A DNA stretch of 64,000 bases from an uncultured Chloroflexia bacterium (GTDB lineage Bacteria; Chloroflexota; Limnocylindria; Limnocylindrales; CSP1-4), in NCBI GenBank assembly GCA_963720755.1, contig CAVRGP010000011.1, forward strand, positions 512,001 to 576,000, in the 5' to 3' direction. Under the pieces are notes generated by a model. That model was given only the letters and a program-made list of their open reading frames with translations. It ran no database searches and was not told the origin of the DNA. Positions 59,718 to 64,000 of this stretch are shown piece after piece. The stretch's first letter is position 1, and each line of letters opens with the position of its first letter. The translations under genes were made by a program, and so were the position numbers.

Positions 59718-61322
59718 GTGACGAGCGAGCCCCGAGCCTTCCTCGCCCTCGATATGGGCGCCGCCACGATCGCCGCGACGTTGATCGGACGGGTCGATGC
59801 GCGTTGGCGTCTCATCGGGGCCATCGCGATGCCCGCCGAGGCCGACGTCGAAGCGGTCGTCGCCCTGCTCGGCGATCGGGCGATCGACGCCGACCCGGCG
59901 CTGGCGACCACCATCGGCCTGCGCCGAGGCGCCGCCGCAGGATTGCCCCGTCTCGAGGTCGAGAGTCATCCCCCGCGGGTGCTGGCGGTGGTGGCCGCCT
60001 CCGAACGTGCCCTGGCGCCGCTGGTCGCGTCGGCCTCGCGAAGCGGATGGCGGACCGTCTCCGGCAGTACGGAATCGGTCGACCCGTTGACGATGTCGGC
60101 CATGTTGCTGGACCCGGATGTTGCCGGGATCCTCGTCGGTGCGGGTGATCCGCCAGGCGCCGATGAACGGCGAGCCCTCGGCGAGCTATCGGCACTGGTG
60201 TCGGCCGCCGCGAGCCGACGGCCCGACCTGGTGATCGTCCTGGCCGGCGGGATGACCGACCGGCTCGCGGCGTTCGGTGACGCGGATCAGCGTTCGGGTG
60301 AGATCGTCCTGGCGCCGGCGGCGACCCGCGGGGTGCCCGGCGGACCGCTGGCCGACCTGCTCATGGAACTCGCCTTGCCACCGGTCGATTCGCACCGTGC
60401 TCTGGGCCTGGCCGCGATGGCGCTGGCCGAGGTGCTCGACCGACGAGTCGACGTCGTGGAGATCGGATTCGACGCCGGGACCAGGGCCGCGGCCAGCCCG
60501 AGCGTCGGCGGTGGCCCTGCGTCGATCGACCTTGCCGTCGTCCCGGCCGCCGCCCTCGCCCCGGTCGATCCGGATGACGGGGTCGTCGATCGGGTCGGGG
60601 CCTGGTCGACCTGGGGTGCCGATCGGCATCGGCTGCGGGATCGGCTCCGGGAATTGCGGGTCGCCCCGTGGAGCGATGCGACCGGAGATGGGATCACCCT
60701 CCGGATGGCGTCTGCCCGAGCGGCGCTCGGCCGGCTCGCGGAGTGGACGCCAGAATGGATGGACCGCCCGCCCGCCGACCTCATCGTGGCCGCCGGTGGC
60801 GCATGGGCGGTCGCGCCGGCCCCGACCGCGGCCCTCGCCATCGCCGACGTCCTGCGCCGGCCCGGGGCGAGTCAATTCGCCCTCGACCACGCACGCTTGC
60901 TGGCACCCCTGGGCGCGATCCCCGACGCGGATGAGCGGCGGGCCATGGTCGCCGACCTTCTCGATGATCTGCTCGCACCCCTCGGCACGTTCGTCACCCC
61001 AGCCGGTCTTCGGCCCGGCCGGAGCGCAGGCTCGGTGGTCGTCCACGGCCAGAGCGGAGACATCCAGCACGACCTGAGGCCGGGTGGTCTCGCCCTCGTC
61101 GACCTCGCGCCTGGCGCCACGGCCAGCGCCGAATTCCGATTTCGCGACACGGTCCGACTGGGCGCCCGCGGCCGGCATTTCGTCATCGATGTGACCGGCG
61201 GACTTGGCGGTCTGGTCGTCGATCTGCGCGACGTCCCGCTCCGCCTCCCTGACCGAGCCGATCACCGCGGGGAGCTCCTCGAGTCATGGCAGGCAGCCCT
61301 GCTCACCGGACGTTCGACATGA
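59718..61322 (+). CDS. GlmL/MutL-like (glutamate mutase L family) ASKHA-fold protein, divergent
   Basis: FLALDMGAATIAA phosphate-1-like strand, VVEIGFDAG phosphate-2-like, DLIVAAGG adenosine-like, C-terminal GGLGGLVVDLRDVPLRLP; recalled similarity, not searched. Confidence 0.6.
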   Translation: MTSEPRAFLALDMGAATIAATLIGRVDARWRLIGAIAMPAEADVEAVVALLGDRAIDADPALATTIGLRRGAAAGLPRLEVESHPPRVLAVVAASERALAPLVASASRSGWRTVSGSTESVDPLTMSAMLLDPDVAGILVGAGDPPGADERRALGELSALVSAAASRRPDLVIVLAGGMTDRLAAFGDADQRSGEIVLAPAATRGVPGGPLADLLMELALPPVDSHRALGLAAMALAEVLDRRVDVVEIGFDAGTRAAASPSVGGGPASIDLAVVPAAALAPVDPDDGVVDRVGAWSTWGADRHRLRDRLRELRVAPWSDATGDGITLRMASARAALGRLAEWTPEWMDRPPADLIVAAGGAWAVAPAPTAALAIADVLRRPGASQFALDHARLLAPLGAIPDADERRAMVADLLDDLLAPLGTFVTPAGLRPGRSAGSVVVHGQSGDIQHDLRPGGLALVDLAPGATASAEFRFRDTVRLGARGRHFVIDVTGGLGGLVVDLRDVPLRLPDRADHRGELLESWQAALLTGRST

Positions 61323-62308
61323 CCAGCGTCGGTATCCGACTCGTTCCAGCCCGAACGATCATCTCGTCCCCGGTCGATGCTCGATTCCGGTTGTCGCCGG
61401 GCGATCGTCCGCTGGTCAGCGCGGGCGATTCGGTCGTCGTCGGCGCACCGATCGCCGAGCGCCTGCGCGACCCGCGCCTCGACCACGTCGATGTCGCTCC
61501 GGAGGCGCCCGATCCCCGACCGGGTGCGCGCTGGGCCGGGCGATCGCGCCACGGAGCCGATCACGGGCCGACCGGTGAATACATGTTCGCGTGGGATGGG
61601 CGCTGGCGGGTCGCCGTCGGCGATATCGCCGATCCGATCGAAACGCCATTTGCCGGGATCGTCCGCGAAGTCCGCCCCGGGACCGACATCACCATCCGGG
61701 CAGCCGGCCGGGGGATCCGCGGTGTGGCCGCGTTCGGGACGGCGACCCGTGGTCGCCTGCACGCCGGCGCGGATGGTGAACTGCGATCGGGTGGCCTCGA
61801 CGTCGGATCGGCCGGGACGATCCTGGTCGTCGGTGCCCGCGTCGACGCGGAAACCCTCACGCGGGCGCGGGCGATGGGCGTCCGGGGCGTGATCGTGGCT
61901 GGGATGTCGAGCAAGGAGCGCCGCGACTTCCTCGGGTCGGAGGCCCGCCAACGGGCGGCCCTCCACCGTCTGCCGCCGTTTGCCGTGCTCGTGCTCGACG
62001 GCGCCGTCCGTCGCCCCCTGTCGGGTGCCGTGCAGGCCGTCCTGGGCGCGCTCGCCGGCCATCAGGTGGCGATCGTGACGGATCCCCCGATGCTGGTCTT
62101 CGACCAGCCCAGCGTCATCATCGAGCCGCCCCCGAGCGACCTCGTCCGGATCCGTTCCGGCGCGCTCGCGGGTCGTGAAGGACGGTTCGTCTCCGCGATC
62201 GGCCCTCGCCGGTTCGCTGGTGGCGTCCATCTCGAGGCCGGGATCGTCCTGCTTCCGGATGGGACGGAGGCAGCGATCCCGATCGGCGATCTCGAGCGGT
62301 TCGTCTGA
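61319..62308 (+). CDS. Hypothetical protein with barrel-sandwich-hybrid motifs, alpha/beta core and C-terminal KOW/SH3-like domain
   Basis: ATGA coupling; PLVSAGDSVVVGAPIAE and IETPFAGIVREV; ILVVG..RAMGVRGVIVAG; LVRIRSGALAGREG. Confidence 0.7.
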   Translation: MTSVGIRLVPARTIISSPVDARFRLSPGDRPLVSAGDSVVVGAPIAERLRDPRLDHVDVAPEAPDPRPGARWAGRSRHGADHGPTGEYMFAWDGRWRVAVGDIADPIETPFAGIVREVRPGTDITIRAAGRGIRGVAAFGTATRGRLHAGADGELRSGGLDVGSAGTILVVGARVDAETLTRARAMGVRGVIVAGMSSKERRDFLGSEARQRAALHRLPPFAVLVLDGAVRRPLSGAVQAVLGALAGHQVAIVTDPPMLVFDQPSVIIEPPPSDLVRIRSGALAGREGRFVSAIGPRRFAGGVHLEAGIVLLPDGTEAAIPIGDLERFV

Positions 62309-62315
62309 GTCACCG

Positions 62316-62789
62316 ATGCCGTCCGATACCCGGCTCGAACGCCGATCCACCTGCCCGGATCCGGCCGCGACGAGTGCCTTGGGAGCGGCGCTGGCGGCGG
62401 TCGCCCAGCCCGGCGACGTGATCTGCCTGTGGGGCGATCTCGGCGCGGGCAAGACGCACCTGGCCAAGGCCATCGGGCGGGCCCTCGGCGTCGAGGAGAC
62501 CATCACGTCGCCGACGTTCATCCTGATGGCCGAATACCGGGGTCGCCTGCCGCTGTTCCACATCGACCTGTATCGGCTGGCCGACGCCACCGACGCCCTG
62601 GCCGGCGGCCTGATCGACGACCGCCAGGCCGATGGGCTGACTCTGATCGAATGGCCGGATCGACTGGGACCGGCGCTGCCGACCCAGCGCCTCGACATCG
62701 TCATCGACGGTTCCGGCGACGAAGAGCGCCTGGTGACGGTCCGCGCGTCCAGTCCGGCGAACCAGCGGTACCTCGAGGTCGTGCCGTGA
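62316..62789 (+). CDS. tsaE: tRNA threonylcarbamoyladenosine biosynthesis ATPase TsaE
   Basis: GDLGAGKT, ITSPTF, HIDLYRL, LIEWP. Confidence 0.95.
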   Translation: MPSDTRLERRSTCPDPAATSALGAALAAVAQPGDVICLWGDLGAGKTHLAKAIGRALGVEETITSPTFILMAEYRGRLPLFHIDLYRLADATDALAGGLIDDRQADGLTLIEWPDRLGPALPTQRLDIVIDGSGDEERLVTVRASSPANQRYLEVVP

Positions 62790-63460
62790 CGCTGGACGCG
62801 GCCGCCGCGGTGGTCCTTGCCATCGATACGTCGACGACGCGGGTCACCATCGCCCTCGGCACCGCCGACGGGAGCCTTCTCGCTGGCGACGCCTGGCCGG
62901 CGGGCCATCGCCACGGTGAGACCCTCATGCCGGCCATCGAGTCACTGCTCGGTCGTGCCGAGGTCGACCGATCGCGGCTGTCGGCGATCCTCGTCGGGAC
63001 TGGCCCCGGCGCGTTCACCGGCCTCCGGGTCGGGATCGCGACGGCCAAGGGTCTCGCGGTCGGGCTCGGGATCCAGCTCGTCGGCATCTCGACGGCCGAC
63101 GCGATCCTCGCCGACGCCCCGGTCCGATCGGTGCTCCTGCTGCCCGCCGGGCCAGCCGATCGGCTGCTGGCACGTCCGGGTGAGCCGGCACTCCTGCTGC
63201 CCGCGGGGACGGAACCGGGTCTTGCGATCGACGAGACACTCCTCGCGGTCGACCTCGCCGGAAGGGCGCCAGCCGATGCGGTGGAGCGTGGCGAGGCCGC
63301 GCGGGGCACGCTCGGCCGGTCGATCCTCGGTCTGGGCACTGCGCGACTCTCTCGTGGCGACGCCGATGACCCGGCAGAACTCGTGCCGGAGTACGTCACG
63401 CTTCCGCGTGGTGTCCGAACCGAAGGCGGGGAGGTGGCATGGTCGCGCGACCGCCGTTGA
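62786..63460 (+). CDS. tsaB: tRNA threonylcarbamoyladenosine biosynthesis protein TsaB
   Basis: LAIDTST, GPGAFTGLRVG, LVPEY. Confidence 0.92.
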   Translation: MTLDAAAAVVLAIDTSTTRVTIALGTADGSLLAGDAWPAGHRHGETLMPAIESLLGRAEVDRSRLSAILVGTGPGAFTGLRVGIATAKGLAVGLGIQLVGISTADAILADAPVRSVLLLPAGPADRLLARPGEPALLLPAGTEPGLAIDETLLAVDLAGRAPADAVERGEAARGTLGRSILGLGTARLSRGDADDPAELVPEYVTLPRGVRTEGGEVAWSRDRR

Positions 63461-63987
63461 TCTTGCGGATCGAGCCGATGGAGGTCGACGACCTGCCGGC
63501 CGTCCATGCCATCGAGGCCCTGAGTTTCGACGCTCCGTGGCCGCCCGAGGCGTATCGCAACGACCTTGAGACCAATCGCCTGGCCCAGTACCTGGTCGCC
63601 CGGGTCGGGGACGAGGTCGCCGCGTTCGGCGGGATGTGGCTGATGGTCGACGAGGGCCACATCATCACCTTCGCCGTCCACCCGGTCTGGCGGCGCCAGA
63701 ACGTGGGTGGGCGTCTGTTGCTGTCGTTCCTCGATCTGGCGGGTGACCGCGGCGCCCACGAGGCGACCCTCGAGGTGCGCCTCTCCAACCTGCCGGCCCG
63801 CCGACTGTACGAGAAGTTCGGGTTCCGACCGGTCGGCCTGCGGCCGCGCTACTACAGCGACAACGGTGAGGACGCGCTGATCATGACGACCGATCCGCTC
63901 GCCGATCCCCGGATGCGCGACCGCATCGCTCGGCTGCGGGCAGCCATCGATGCCGCTCCGGCGCCCAGCCGGCGGCCCGACGCATGA
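63439..63987 (+). CDS. rimI: Ribosomal-protein-alanine N-acetyltransferase RimI
   Basis: AVHPVWRRQNVG, TLEVRLSN..ARRLYEKFGF, RYYSDNGEDALIM. Confidence 0.92.
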   Translation: MVARPPLILRIEPMEVDDLPAVHAIEALSFDAPWPPEAYRNDLETNRLAQYLVARVGDEVAAFGGMWLMVDEGHIITFAVHPVWRRQNVGGRLLLSFLDLAGDRGAHEATLEVRLSNLPARRLYEKFGFRPVGLRPRYYSDNGEDALIMTTDPLADPRMRDRIARLRAAIDAAPAPSRRPDA

Positions 63988-64000
63988 GTGGGGGTCTGAT
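63984..64000 (+). CDS. Start of next coupled gene, probably tsaD, truncated by window
   Basis: ATGA overlap with the rimI stop; identity inferred only from tsaE-tsaB-rimI-tsaD synteny. Confidence 0.3.

Overview
High-GC bacterial core-genome window, almost entirely + strand. Lineage signatures such as the large beta' N-terminal insert, the S12 N-terminal insert and two tuf copies suggest Chloroflexota (inference). Gene order: partial LysM gene; minus-strand Fpg/Nei glycosylase; rpsA with very long acidic extensions; clpC-radA-PIN/TRAM-ispDF-cysS-rlmB; tRNA-Thr/Tyr/Thr; tuf-rpmG-tRNA-Trp-secE-nusG-rplKAJL-rpoBC; str, S10, spc and alpha ribosomal operons with a second tuf; truA-rplM-rpsI-argF-TPR; cdaA-cdaR-glmM-glmS-acpS-nnrD-alr; macrodomain gene; a small hypothetical gene; a GlmL-like ASKHA protein coupled to a barrel-sandwich-hybrid/KOW protein; tsaE-tsaB-rimI. 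No CRISPR array, rRNA or mobile element was seen. The best candidate for an undescribed system is the orphan GlmL-like/SBHM-KOW module (59379-62308). Other strong oddities are the S1 tail of about 11 22-aa repeats, NPF repeats in the RpoC tail, RpoB Ser at the rifamycin-binding H526 position, and tuf identity extending into the starts of two different downstream genes. All family assignments come from motif recognition by eye, not database searches.
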